DNA of 60,487 bases, the filler included. It is 6 parts of 6 records of this genome, joined end to end, with 100 filler letters (N's around TTAATTAATTAA, not from the genome) between each part and the next. Parts side by side here need not be neighbours in the genome. Positions count along the whole stretch, not along the records: positions 36,580 to 42,540 come from DRR723986_26590; positions 42,641 to 54,938 come from DRR723986_26603; 4 more parts are not named here. One strand, written 5' to 3'. Position 1 is the first letter of the stretch. The number at the start of each line of letters is the position of its first letter. The translations under genes and the position numbers were made by a program. The notes under the pieces were generated by a model. It ran no database searches and had not been told where the DNA came from. It worked only from the letters and a program-made list of their open reading frames with translations. Positions 41,419 through 50,784 of this stretch are shown here, piece after piece.

Positions 41419-42035
41419 CGGTTACAGTTTGGGATATGGCCCTTTATGCGGGGGCCTTGCTGGTCTTGTTCCTGACACCCGGGCCCGTTTGGCTCGCGAT
41501 TGTGGCCCGGTCTCTGTCGGGCGGGTTCCAAGCCGCCTGGCCGCTCGCTTTGGGAGTTGCGGTTGGGGACATCGTCTGGCCCCTTGCAGCAATTGTCGGC
41601 GTGTCCTGGCTGGTGTCTGAATTCGACGGTGTCATGCAGATCCTGCGGTATGTCGCCAGCGCCACGTTTCTAGGGATGGGGATTTCCGTTATTGTGAACT
41701 CCAAAAAGAAGATCGCAGAAAACAAAACTCTGACCAAACCCGGAAAGCTTGCTGGCTTTTTGGCCGGGCTTTTTGTCATTCTCGCAAACCCAAAGGCGAT
41801 CTTGTTCTATATGGGCATGTTGCCGGGGTTCTTCGATCTCAGTCAGATCACCAAGGTTGATTTGCTGCCAATCTTGTTTCTGTCCTTTTCCGTGCCGCTG
41901 ATCGGTAATTTGGCGTTTGCAGGCTTAATTGGACGCGCCCGTGGGTTCCTGACCACACCCCGCGCAATGGAAAGAACCAACCTCGTTGCCGGTGGCCTTC
42001 TCATTTGTGTCGCACTGATAATTCCATTTACTTAA
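41415..42035 (+). CDS. LysE/RhtB family translocator
   Basis: TPGP motif, ANPKAILFY, six hydrophobic segments; ATGA overlap with recF. Confidence 0.88.
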   Translation: MTVTVWDMALYAGALLVLFLTPGPVWLAIVARSLSGGFQAAWPLALGVAVGDIVWPLAAIVGVSWLVSEFDGVMQILRYVASATFLGMGISVIVNSKKKIAENKTLTKPGKLAGFLAGLFVILANPKAILFYMGMLPGFFDLSQITKVDLLPILFLSFSVPLIGNLAFAGLIGRARGFLTTPRAMERTNLVAGGLLICVALIIPFT

Positions 42036-42207
42036 TACGGGCGTGCACACGCTTTGCAGGGTGATCGGCGAAACCCTCACCCCAGTGGGAAACGGCAATC
42101 CCTCTGATCCCGCGAACTTCACTTTCCAACCACAAAATCTTGTGGGATCGCGTGACATTGCCCACCAGAGAACGTATAACATGACAAAAAAATGAAGGAA
42201 ATTTCGG

Positions 42208-42540
42208 ATGTCCGAAGCCGCACAGACGCCCGAAGAATATGGCGCAGATTCTATCAAAGTTCTCAAAGGCTTAGAAGCCGTCCGAAAACGACCCGGCATG
42301 TACATTGGGGACACGGACGATGGCTCGGGTCTGCACCACATGGTGTACGAAGTCGTGGACAACGGCATTGACGAAGCTTTGGCAGGCCACGCGGATCATG
42401 TCACCGTCAAAATCCACGCCGATTCCAGCGTTTCCGTCAGCGACAACGGCCGTGGTATTCCCGTTGGAATTCACGAGGAAGAAGGCGTTTCCGCAGCCGA
42501 GGTCATCATGACCCAGCTGCACGCGGGCGGTAAATTCGAC
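42208..42540 (+). CDS. gyrB: DNA gyrase subunit B, N-terminal part (truncated)
   Basis: [48 protein letters not shown]. Confidence 0.97.
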
Positions 42541-42640
42541 NNNNNNNNNNNNNNNNNNNNNNNNNNNNNNNNNNNNNNNNNNNNTTAATTAATTAANNNN
42601 NNNNNNNNNNNNNNNNNNNNNNNNNNNNNNNNNNNNNNNN
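42541..42640. other. Artificial contig spacer
   Basis: 100 nt of N with TTAATTAATTAA. Confidence 0.98.
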
Positions 42641-42670
42641 GATTCGAACCTACGACCCTCTGCTCCCAAA
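42641..42670 (-). mobile_element. att site: duplicated 3' half of tRNA-Pro(UGG)
   Basis: Minus strand TTTGGGA-GCAGA-GGGTC-GTAGGTTCGAATC = anticodon loop, 3' anticodon stem and T-arm; 5' anticodon stem and D-arm are absent. Confidence 0.78.
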
Positions 42671-42816
42671 AAATGCCTATACAGACACGAATTTGCTTAT
42701 TTCCCCTGAATAGATCTATAATACACGCTGTCGAAACACGATCCAAGATCGCCTGCAAATCTTGCACTTTTCGCAATGTTTCTCAGTACACCGCCACCAC
42801 AAAACGGTAGTCAAGA

Positions 42817-43689
42817 ATGGACACAATTCCTTACTCGGCCGCGGATGCTATTGGAATATTTGATTCAGAGAAACTCCTAAACGCCACAGTGCAATTCAGA
42901 AAGACCATAGCTTCGAAGATCGCAGGATATCAGGCAGCCTTTGACGACCCGGCTTATCGTGGACTGAAATTGTATAATCCAGTTCCGGATGACGACGGCC
43001 TCGTCAATGCTGACTTTCACAAAGTCGCGGAGCAGTACCAATACAGTGTTCGAATGTATTCGGAACATGGCACCGCGCAGTCTCGGATCGAGATGATACT
43101 GCACGAAGTTTATGAGGCATTGTTCGAGCTAGAAGACGTATCAGACGGTTTTCATCTCAGTATCTATCGAAGAGTCATAACGAGGCTCGATGCGGTCGAA
43201 AAGCTTTTAGAGCAATTGGCCCCAGCCAAACTACAACTCGAGTCGACACATCAGAATGTTGACATGTTTGTGACGTTGCTCAAAGACACCAATAGCAAGG
43301 AGAAAGCCGAGTGCTTTCGCCGTCTTACAGTGCGTGTTCAGCAAAGAGAGCAGGCCGATCAGGTAAGATCGAAACTGGCAAACAAGAGAGTCTGTGTGGC
43401 GATTTTCGAGTACTTGTTCGAACGAATTTCATCAGATTCCCTGATTTCGATTCGTGAGCTTGCTCCGCTGATTGGCAAGCGGAATCGTAGCACGAGGGAT
43501 AGTGATCAGCATGTTGATGATCAATCCATCCAAAAGCGACTTCGTGATCTCGAGTCAATACTTCTTGAGTCTGGCACAAGTCTCCGTTTGGAGAGAGTTG
43601 CAAAGCGTCAGCATCAGACAGACTCAGAACTTGTTCGGTTGTTCTGGCAAACGGAACACGCAGAAGTTCCGCTGAACTCAGCAAACTGA
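42817..43689 (+). CDS. Hypothetical protein, possible C-terminal winged-helix DNA-binding domain
   Basis: 290-aa ORF with ATG; ISIRELAPLIG...SIQKRLRDL resembles an HTH. Confidence 0.55.
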   Translation: MDTIPYSAADAIGIFDSEKLLNATVQFRKTIASKIAGYQAAFDDPAYRGLKLYNPVPDDDGLVNADFHKVAEQYQYSVRMYSEHGTAQSRIEMILHEVYEALFELEDVSDGFHLSIYRRVITRLDAVEKLLEQLAPAKLQLESTHQNVDMFVTLLKDTNSKEKAECFRRLTVRVQQREQADQVRSKLANKRVCVAIFEYLFERISSDSLISIRELAPLIGKRNRSTRDSDQHVDDQSIQKRLRDLESILLESGTSLRLERVAKRQHQTDSELVRLFWQTEHAEVPLNSAN

Positions 43690-44114
43690 GGCGGACGAGA
43701 TTCATCGTGCTGGGCAGCCTTAAGTGGCGGAATCGGCTTACTTAGATTCGGCTGCCGACTACGCCTGCTTGGCCACACAATGGTCGTGACCGCCGCTGCC
43801 AGCGCGACGTGTTTCCTTTTACAGAATTTGTTGGGCCCGTCGCAACAGCCCCATGAGTTCGCGCGACTTGGAGTGATTCCGCAACCAACCATCGCCGAAA
43901 CCACAGCTCGCGATTTCTGGGAATACAGATAGAACTGGCTTTGCCGGTATTCCCAACGCGAGTTCCGACTTTACTGTGGGATCTCCCGTCTGATGATCGT
44001 CGCTCTCCTTGGGCCGCACAGTTTTTGTGAGTCTGGAGGCTCACCGTTGTTTTCCGACGAATCTAGGATTACTGTCTCGGGTCTTTCACCTCAGGCCTTT
44101 AAGAATCAGTTCTC

Positions 44115-44384
44115 CTAGAGTCCCTCATCGATCAAGAAATTGATTGCAGATTCAGGTGCTCGCGATTCGAATTCTTTTTCCGCATCTTGCTGATTAACCT
44201 TACTCAAGAATTCATCTAACCATTCCTCGCACGTCACTCTTCGGCCACCGACTCGCATACTCTTCAACTTTACTCCCCGAACCCCTCGGTCGGCCCATCG
44301 ATACCCAATGGAGACGTGGTGTCTTGTTAAGCCTCGACTCGCCAGCTTCTTTGCGACTTCATTGATTCCAAAAGCATTCTTCAC
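44115..44384 (-). CDS. DUF1580-like small HTH protein (excisionase/AlpA-like, Planctomycete type)
   Basis: HVSIGYRWADRGVRGVKLKSMRVGGRRVTCEEWLDEFL; GGGGAG RBS before GTG 44384. Confidence 0.8.
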   Translation of the reverse strand: MKNAFGINEVAKKLASRGLTRHHVSIGYRWADRGVRGVKLKSMRVGGRRVTCEEWLDEFLSKVNQQDAEKEFESRAPESAINFLIDEGL

Positions 44385-44447
44385 TGATCGATCTCCCCTG
44401 TGAATGGAATTGCACAACGAAGTTAGATCGATCGCTCATTCTGGTCG

Positions 44448-44507
44448 CGGACAAACAGTGTCCGAAATGCTTTCGGCCCACCAAATAAATCGGACAACTC
44501 TTGTCCG
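44448..44507. promoter_or_regulatory. Two palindromic operator-like sites CGGACA-N5-TGTCCG
   Basis: CGGACAAACAGTGTCCG (44448-44464) and CGGACAACTCTTGTCCG (44491-44507). Confidence 0.65.
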
Positions 44508-44690
44508 CGACTCGCTGCGAGAAAACGCGAGAATCCCTAAAAGTCCAATTCGTGAGTAGTAGTATTAGAGACAGGGAACAATCCCCATGTGCCAACTGGA
44601 ATTTGTAATTAACCCGAGGCTTCTACGGGAAAATGACGGGAGCTGTATGTCCAGCCGCTCCGATAAAATGGTGCGCAAGGAGGCAAAGAT

Positions 44691-45824
44691 ATGAGCTTCC
44701 TGCGTTACGTCGTGCTCGACGACTTGTTGTGCACAGCAAAGGGAAAAGAGATTGCCAAAAGAGCGGCAGAGGTCGCTCCTATGTGTCACAAACTCGCAAA
44801 ACGTTTTGAGAGATTCAAAGATCTGCTACCAAACAAACGATGCTACACCAGTGAGCGACGTGCGATTTCAAGTATCAGAATCTGTGATCTGCACCACGAA
44901 GGAACTAAAAGGCTTCTCGAAGATTGCGAGAAGAACCTCCAGCTAATGCAGTCTTGTAAAGCTGGCGCGACTTGCAGTTTGATTGGTTGCCCTAAGTGTT
45001 CGCCTGAGCGCCGCGCAAGAGAAACTGCGCAGGTTGCGGCGTACCTAGAAACCACTATCCGAGAACGCGAAAAGCAGTCTGGTGAGCAGTGCCTGTTATT
45101 CTTGGTTACGGTCACAAATCGATCCGCATGGGCCAGACCACTGAATGAAGCGCGCGCGATCGTAACCGGTCGGCGCAACTCACTGCGGAAAGCGATTGAC
45201 TCGATCGGCAAGGCTGTCACAGTGACTTCGCCATTGGGTGGCGTAGTAGGTGAGGTTACAGATATCGTGAGTTCCATTGACTACTACTACGATTCACCAC
45301 CTGGAATCAATGAGAAGACAAGTCGACTCAACATTCAGGACCGTCTAGAAGCTTCACTCGACATTCACCTCCACTCTCTAGTTGTTTTTCGCCCCTACTA
45401 TCAGCCTACTTTATACAGGTCGGGCGTACAGCGTGCCGGATTTGCGCAGCCGCTCAGGTCAACACTGCGGGACTTGTTTTCACCTAGCTATTCAGTCCAC
45501 GTAAAGCAGATCTCAGAAGGTTTCACAACGAGAACACTCGAACAGCTATCGCAAGAAGAAAGTGCCCGATTCGATGCGGCCACCCAACCGCTAGTGGAGG
45601 TTCTCAGTTACCTCGGAAAAAGTACAACTTGCGATCTTTCCTCATCTCAAGAGCGACCGCTGATCCAAGCCGTCGTTGGCACCGCCCTACGTTCCGCGAA
45701 GTCGATCCTCAAGGGCAAGGCTTTCATTCTGCGATCAAGATTTCTGGATGAGTGCCACCAGAACATCTACCAAACCGAGCGAGACTTCAAAGCTCAGATT
45801 GAAGCTGCTGAGAGACGCCATTGA
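44691..45824 (+). CDS. HUH-superfamily rolling-circle replication initiator (Rep_1-like)
   Basis: Cys cluster C...CSLIGCPKC..RR, motif I FLVTVT, motif II IHLHSLV, motif III EVLSYLGK, in canonical order. Confidence 0.72.
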   Translation: MSFLRYVVLDDLLCTAKGKEIAKRAAEVAPMCHKLAKRFERFKDLLPNKRCYTSERRAISSIRICDLHHEGTKRLLEDCEKNLQLMQSCKAGATCSLIGCPKCSPERRARETAQVAAYLETTIREREKQSGEQCLLFLVTVTNRSAWARPLNEARAIVTGRRNSLRKAIDSIGKAVTVTSPLGGVVGEVTDIVSSIDYYYDSPPGINEKTSRLNIQDRLEASLDIHLHSLVVFRPYYQPTLYRSGVQRAGFAQPLRSTLRDLFSPSYSVHVKQISEGFTTRTLEQLSQEESARFDAATQPLVEVLSYLGKSTTCDLSSSQERPLIQAVVGTALRSAKSILKGKAFILRSRFLDECHQNIYQTERDFKAQIEAAERRH

Positions 45825-45989
45825 GGGAATCCTACACTTCCGATTAAACCGCCCGCACAACGCTTTTCAGGCATCGCTGCCGATCTGACCAGGCACTCCT
45901 AGTCCACTTCCCGAAAAAACTTTTGCATCAGTCGGAAGATTATGGCCAAAATGGCTCTGCCGTTGTGAACGTGAAGAAAGGCAAATCAA

Positions 45990-46454
45990 GTGAACAGACT
46001 AATGAATCAATCTGGCAACACATCGCATCCGTCCGAAGACGACAGAGCACTACTGGATCTAATGACGAATCACTCGGGCGCTGCGTACCTGAGAGGTATC
46101 ACGCTATCGAGCCATCTGGCGGAAGTGCCGTTCGACCAACTCAAGGAGTATGCGCAGCAATTCGTTCAGGATGCGGTAAAGGTTGATCCGACTCACGCGC
46201 CTATTCTTCGAACGATGGCCGAGCAGCTGTTGTTGTCACATCACGTTTGCTCTCGTTTGCTATGTGATGCCGTGGCGGCTACCGGGGAGCAGCAAAGAAT
46301 GCAAACACAGCTAGCAACGTCTTTGATGGCAGAGATGCGGCGTACTTCTAAGGAGCTCACTGATCTAGCAGAGAGGGCTTTGCAGAAGCCAGCGTCGCTG
46401 ACGGCGCAACGAGGTGGTGCAGGAGAAAACGCCACAAAAGCCGAATCAGCTTGA
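45990..46454 (+). CDS. Hypothetical helical protein of the integrated element
   Basis: 154-aa ORF co-oriented with rep; P..RTMAEQLLLSHH...LMAEMRR segment. Confidence 0.6.
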   Translation: MNRLMNQSGNTSHPSEDDRALLDLMTNHSGAAYLRGITLSSHLAEVPFDQLKEYAQQFVQDAVKVDPTHAPILRTMAEQLLLSHHVCSRLLCDAVAATGEQQRMQTQLATSLMAEMRRTSKELTDLAERALQKPASLTAQRGGAGENATKAESA

Positions 46455-46548
46455 TTCGATTCAAAGGGGCCCCTGGAACGAACTTGCTAGTAAGCAGTAG
46501 CCCTGATGTTTGAACCGGCATCGCTGCCGATGTATGGGACCCGTTGCA

Positions 46549-46986
46549 ATGGCAAAGAATCCGAAACGAGTCGCGGCAGGCAAACGCAATCGCGCAAAAC
46601 GAAAAGAACTGAGTGACGAAACGAAACGTCGGTTACGCGATGCCGCACTCAAGAATAAGCCTTGGAAACACTCGACCGGCCCAAGGACAATTGCGGGCAA
46701 GGCGCGTTCTGCCCTGAACCGGAAAAGAAATACTGACACGGCAGGAGACGACCTTGTTTCCCGCTGCAAACATCTTCTTAAGGACATGGGCAAGATCCGA
46801 AGGACTGCCGTGTTGGATGTCGAAACAGCAAGTGTGAACGACGGATCGGCGATAGCCGAAAGTCTCTACGATTTGCTTGTGTCATCCGCAAGAGCGTCTA
46901 CACAGAAGATGGTGAACGACTTGCTCGAAGACTCGGAAAAGAGCATCGACTGCCGACAAGGTTCGACGCGCGACGGTACAGCCTGA
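46549..46986 (+). CDS. Basic protein with STGPRTxxGKxRS motif (HGGxSTG-domain-like)
   Basis: KPWKHSTGPRTIAGKARSALN; strongly basic N-terminus; ATG 46549. Confidence 0.7.
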   Translation: MAKNPKRVAAGKRNRAKRKELSDETKRRLRDAALKNKPWKHSTGPRTIAGKARSALNRKRNTDTAGDDLVSRCKHLLKDMGKIRRTAVLDVETASVNDGSAIAESLYDLLVSSARASTQKMVNDLLEDSEKSIDCRQGSTRDGTA

Positions 46987-47068
46987 AATTTTTTCCATTT
47001 ACAGATTTGCGTGTTAGCTCGGGAGGCATCTATAACGCGTTTTTTAACTCAATCGCGGAGCAAAGAAC

Positions 47069-47623
47069 GTGGATCCTCAAACAGCAGAACACTTTGGTCG
47101 TTTCCTCTTGTTGAATTCCCAGCACAAGAACGGCGAATTCGCAAACCAATGCCTCGAAGCTCTGGTCACCCTCAAAACCCAAGTACCAAACTTCTTTGAT
47201 CAGCTTCGACATAGGCTTCCAGAGCACGCCGCTCTGATCGACAGAGTCTGTGCATCGCTGTCAGACAAACGCTCTTTCGCAATTGAGATATCCCCAATCA
47301 ACCTTGTCCTAGCGGCGCACCGGTTTTCCGACAGCACCTCGATAACTACCGCTCGAGCACTCATTCCCTTTCTGCCGTCATCCGCCTTCAGACGTCTCGT
47401 CCAGCAAGCGTTTATCCAATCGACGAAGAAGTCGTACCACAGGATGACAGTCCGGCTCTTGGAGTCGGCCTTAGAAGCCAATCCAGCCCCTGGAGACGAA
47501 CTTCTCAATATTGAACTCGTTCCACTCCAAAGTCATACGAATTCTCTAATCAGTGAGGCTGCTATGAAAGTCCAGCGGAAACTTCGAGACGAGCTGTCCG
47601 GTTCTGCTGCGACACCAACTTAG
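47069..47623 (+). CDS. Hypothetical helical protein
   Basis: 184-aa ORF; no recognised motif. Confidence 0.5.
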   Translation: MDPQTAEHFGRFLLLNSQHKNGEFANQCLEALVTLKTQVPNFFDQLRHRLPEHAALIDRVCASLSDKRSFAIEISPINLVLAAHRFSDSTSITTARALIPFLPSSAFRRLVQQAFIQSTKKSYHRMTVRLLESALEANPAPGDELLNIELVPLQSHTNSLISEAAMKVQRKLRDELSGSAATPT

Positions 47624-48110
47624 CTTGGCATGAGTGATCGATAACTGGAAATGCGGACCTTAACGACCCGCCTGCTGAAGTAGGCCCAGACGTCGAACCG
47701 GATGAGAGTATAGATACACACGTCTACATCTGGAAGAAAACGTAGTACAGCATCCCGTTACGCTAAGCGTCACAATCCTGACCGCAGTCAGCAGAAATGT
47801 ACTGCCTCCCAGATCTTGTACTTAGCCAAATATTGGGTAGAGAGAATACTAGACCACGGCCTTCAGCTTGCAGCGAACATGTTCCTGTCGAAGTATAAGT
47901 CGCGAGACCGTTCAGGATTGTCCGGAGTGCAAGTTAAGTTTCGACTTACGGCAGCGATGCCTTCCTTGATCAGTGCAGATACGAAGTCCCAAGCTGCACC
48001 GGAGTGCCTGCTACCGGAGCACAATCCTTCAGCTAGGGACCTGTCATTGGCAGACGGTGTGTCGGTAGCGATAATCCACTAATTTCGCCAACTGTTTAGA
48101 GATTCATAGC

Positions 48111-49883
48111 ATGTCGGTAACACCACGGGGGCTGAGCATCCAGGCCGCTTATCGCGACTTTGCTGACGGGAAGTTCCTGGTCAACAGAAAATACCAACGG
48201 AAGCTGGTTTGGACGCGAGAAGAAAAGCGAAAACTCGTTGACAGTATCCTGAAGGGGTATCCGATACCCCTGATCCTCCTGGCGACCGAAACCGCGCCGG
48301 ACGGGGCCAAGACTTTCGAAATCTTGGATGGCATGCAGCGCCTTAACGCAATTTTCGAGTTCATCGAAAACCACTTTGATATCGATGGCCGTTTCTTCCG
48401 ACTTGAAGAATTATCGCGAGCTAAACAACGTCAAGAAGAGGGCGTGTTTGAGCTTCCGGGTTCTCGAACGGGCTTACTCACCAAAGAAGAGTGTTCAAAT
48501 TTCGTCGACTACACTCTCGCGATTACCGAATTTCCCGCTACCGACGAAACGGCAGTTAACGATGTATTTGGAAGAATCAATGCATATGGCCGGCGGCTTA
48601 GCAATCAAGAGCAGAGACAGGCAGGCGTCGTTTCAGGATTTGCAACTTTGGTCAGAACCCTCTCAGCAGAAATGCGGGGTGATGTTTCGCGAGAAACGCT
48701 CGACCTTGCGGAAATGCCATCGATCAGTATCGACCCAGACGACAGCTACGGCATAAAGGCCGACGACACTTTTTGGTGTCAGCAGGGGATTCTGAGGCGG
48801 AATCAGCTCCGCGAGGCAGAGGATGAGCAAATGGTCGCTGACCTAGTCATCTCGATATTGCGTGACGAGCCATTCGCGTTTAGCGGTGCAAATCTGAATG
48901 AATACTATGACACGACTTCCACTCAGTCTGCGGAAATCGAGAGGCTTATAAGCCGACACGGAGCAGAGTCCCTTAAAGAATCTATGCTTTCAACGCTAAC
49001 AATTATTCTGGAGGGATTTCGAAGCATTGATTGCTCCGCAAATGCAATGAAGCGAATATTAAATCCCGATGCGGGTGCAAATCCCATCAAGGGCCCTTTC
49101 TATGCCGTATTCATCGCGTTCTACGAGTTGTGTGTTCAAGAAGAGAAGTCACCCAACGACTTTGCAGGAATCACCTCCGCTCTCACGGGACTACAAGAGA
49201 AGCTGAATGTTGCGCGGGGGCAGGTGACGGCAGATGCACGCCGTCAAAACATAGATTTGACGAAAGGACTTATCGACAGATTCTTTGATGAACGCGATCC
49301 GCCTTCAGTCAGTACCGGCTCTGGATTGGGCATCCGATTGTCAAATGCGCTAAGGAGGTCAAGGGTTGAGACTGCGGCGTTCGAAACCAAACAAGGGTTG
49401 GTAGATTTAGCTGCGACGAGAATCGAGAATCAGAATGTATTGAGTGATGTGTTGGAAACCATCTGCGCTATTGCCAACCTTGGTCCGAACAGCGATGGTG
49501 CAGTGTTTATTGGGGTAGCTGATAACCAGAACGATGCGACTCGTATAGAACAGCTGGATCGCATTCACTCAATACAAGTTGGGGCAAGGTTCATTGTGGG
49601 CGTGGAACGTGAGGCCTCTATTCTGGGAATAGATCTAGACACTTACCTGCAGCGGATTTCGCAGAAAATCTCGAATTCAGGACTCAGCGAACCCTTGAAA
49701 ACGTCTGTCCTTGGAAAACTGGATTGTATTGATTTCAGGTCCCTCTCGGTGATTTCAATCTGGGTCCCGCCGCAGGAAATAATGTCAACGCTCAATGATG
49801 AGCTCTTCGTGCGTAAAGGAGCAAATACTGAACGCGTAAGTGGTGTATCCTCGATAAATGCTGTGCAATCCCTATTCAATTAG
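48111..49883 (+). CDS. DUF262 (GmrSD N-terminal, ParB-like) fused to a C-terminal Schlafen/AlbA_2 domain
   Basis: YQRKLVWT, LVDSILKGYPIP, EILDGMQRL, VFGRINAYG..LS.QE (DUF262); ETAAFETK, ETICAIAN, GAVFIGVAD, FVRKGANT (AlbA_2). Confidence 0.85.
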   Translation: MSVTPRGLSIQAAYRDFADGKFLVNRKYQRKLVWTREEKRKLVDSILKGYPIPLILLATETAPDGAKTFEILDGMQRLNAIFEFIENHFDIDGRFFRLEELSRAKQRQEEGVFELPGSRTGLLTKEECSNFVDYTLAITEFPATDETAVNDVFGRINAYGRRLSNQEQRQAGVVSGFATLVRTLSAEMRGDVSRETLDLAEMPSISIDPDDSYGIKADDTFWCQQGILRRNQLREAEDEQMVADLVISILRDEPFAFSGANLNEYYDTTSTQSAEIERLISRHGAESLKESMLSTLTIILEGFRSIDCSANAMKRILNPDAGANPIKGPFYAVFIAFYELCVQEEKSPNDFAGITSALTGLQEKLNVARGQVTADARRQNIDLTKGLIDRFFDERDPPSVSTGSGLGIRLSNALRRSRVETAAFETKQGLVDLAATRIENQNVLSDVLETICAIANLGPNSDGAVFIGVADNQNDATRIEQLDRIHSIQVGARFIVGVEREASILGIDLDTYLQRISQKISNSGLSEPLKTSVLGKLDCIDFRSLSVISIWVPPQEIMSTLNDELFVRKGANTERVSGVSSINAVQSLFN

Positions 49884-50031
49884 ATTCTATTCACTCGAAT
49901 TCGCCGAACGACCGCGAAATCGGTCCAGGAACTCGCAAGGGGTTCCGGATTTGTCGCTCCGGTCCCACTCGTTCCGGCGCTGGCGATCCGCAGACCAAAC
50001 GACGCAGTGCTATCGGCAACTAACGTACCTG

Positions 50032-50784
50032 CTAGGCTACGCTGCGGATCCCAAACGCCTTTCGAGCTGCTGCGAGCTCCGCTTGCAATCGCTCATCCAC
50101 ATTATCTCCAGTCAACTGAACGCCCAAAGTCTTGAAAATACAACGCACAACCCTGGCCACCGGCGGGCTGGACTCTAAGTAGTCGTCGCCTGCGGAAAGC
50201 GTCTGCAGGCGTTCGGTAAGATTCGCCGTGAAGTCTGCTTCGGCGGCTTTCAAAAGCAACAATGCCGGCTCAAGAACACTCAATCCACCGGTATAAGCTA
50301 GACGATGTAGTACCATTCTTTCGAAATTCGGATCTTCACTTCCGAGTGGCACACTGCGAAGGACATGTGTATGTATATAAAGTTCATCTGACAGCCGATC
50401 GCTAATATCGAAATACCCCTCCACGTACGCGTTGGTGGAACCTGTAGGCAAAGACATTATTCGTGCTGCTTCATCAGAATTCTGACCTGCCAATAGTCGA
50501 CACTCAAGCTCTCTGCGTAGCGCGGCATACTTCTGATCGAAAAAGATATGGTGCGCAGTCTTAAAGTGTGAGTACCCACAGATGCTAACGCTATGGCCGT
50601 TCAGGTAGCGGAGCAATCGAACAATGTTAAGCGTTGCCTGGTCGTCATCTGGGTTGTACAGAGCCGACTGCGTCTCGTCCGGTTCATCTTCGCAACCAAG
50701 TTTGACGAGTGACTTTGCTCGAATGAAGCGCCAATCCGGTGGTGTATTCCAGCTCTTTCTTGCGTAGTCGAAATAAGGTATCAC
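50032..50784 (-). CDS. Hypothetical protein (Planctomycete island type)
   Basis: 250-aa ORF, AGGAG RBS before GTG; PPDWRF, LECRLLAGQ, YFDISDRL motifs. Confidence 0.65.
   Translation of the reverse strand: MIPYFDYARKSWNTPPDWRFIRAKSLVKLGCEDEPDETQSALYNPDDDQATLNIVRLLRYLNGHSVSICGYSHFKTAHHIFFDQKYAALRRELECRLLAGQNSDEAARIMSLPTGSTNAYVEGYFDISDRLSDELYIHTHVLRSVPLGSEDPNFERMVLHRLAYTGGLSVLEPALLLLKAAEADFTANLTERLQTLSAGDDYLESSPPVARVVRCIFKTLGVQLTGDNVDERLQAELAAARKAFGIRSVA

Noticed and set aside
43690-44114. Small ORFs or a structured RNA/single-strand origin next to DUF1580
   Set aside because: One hairpin (TGGGAATAC...GTATTCCCA, about 43918-43954) is present, but it is too little to call, and the overlapping ORFs lack motifs
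44691-45824. IS91/IS200-type transposase
   Set aside because: A single Tyr in motif III, no recognisable IS ends, and a replication-module context fit a Rep better; not excluded without a profile search
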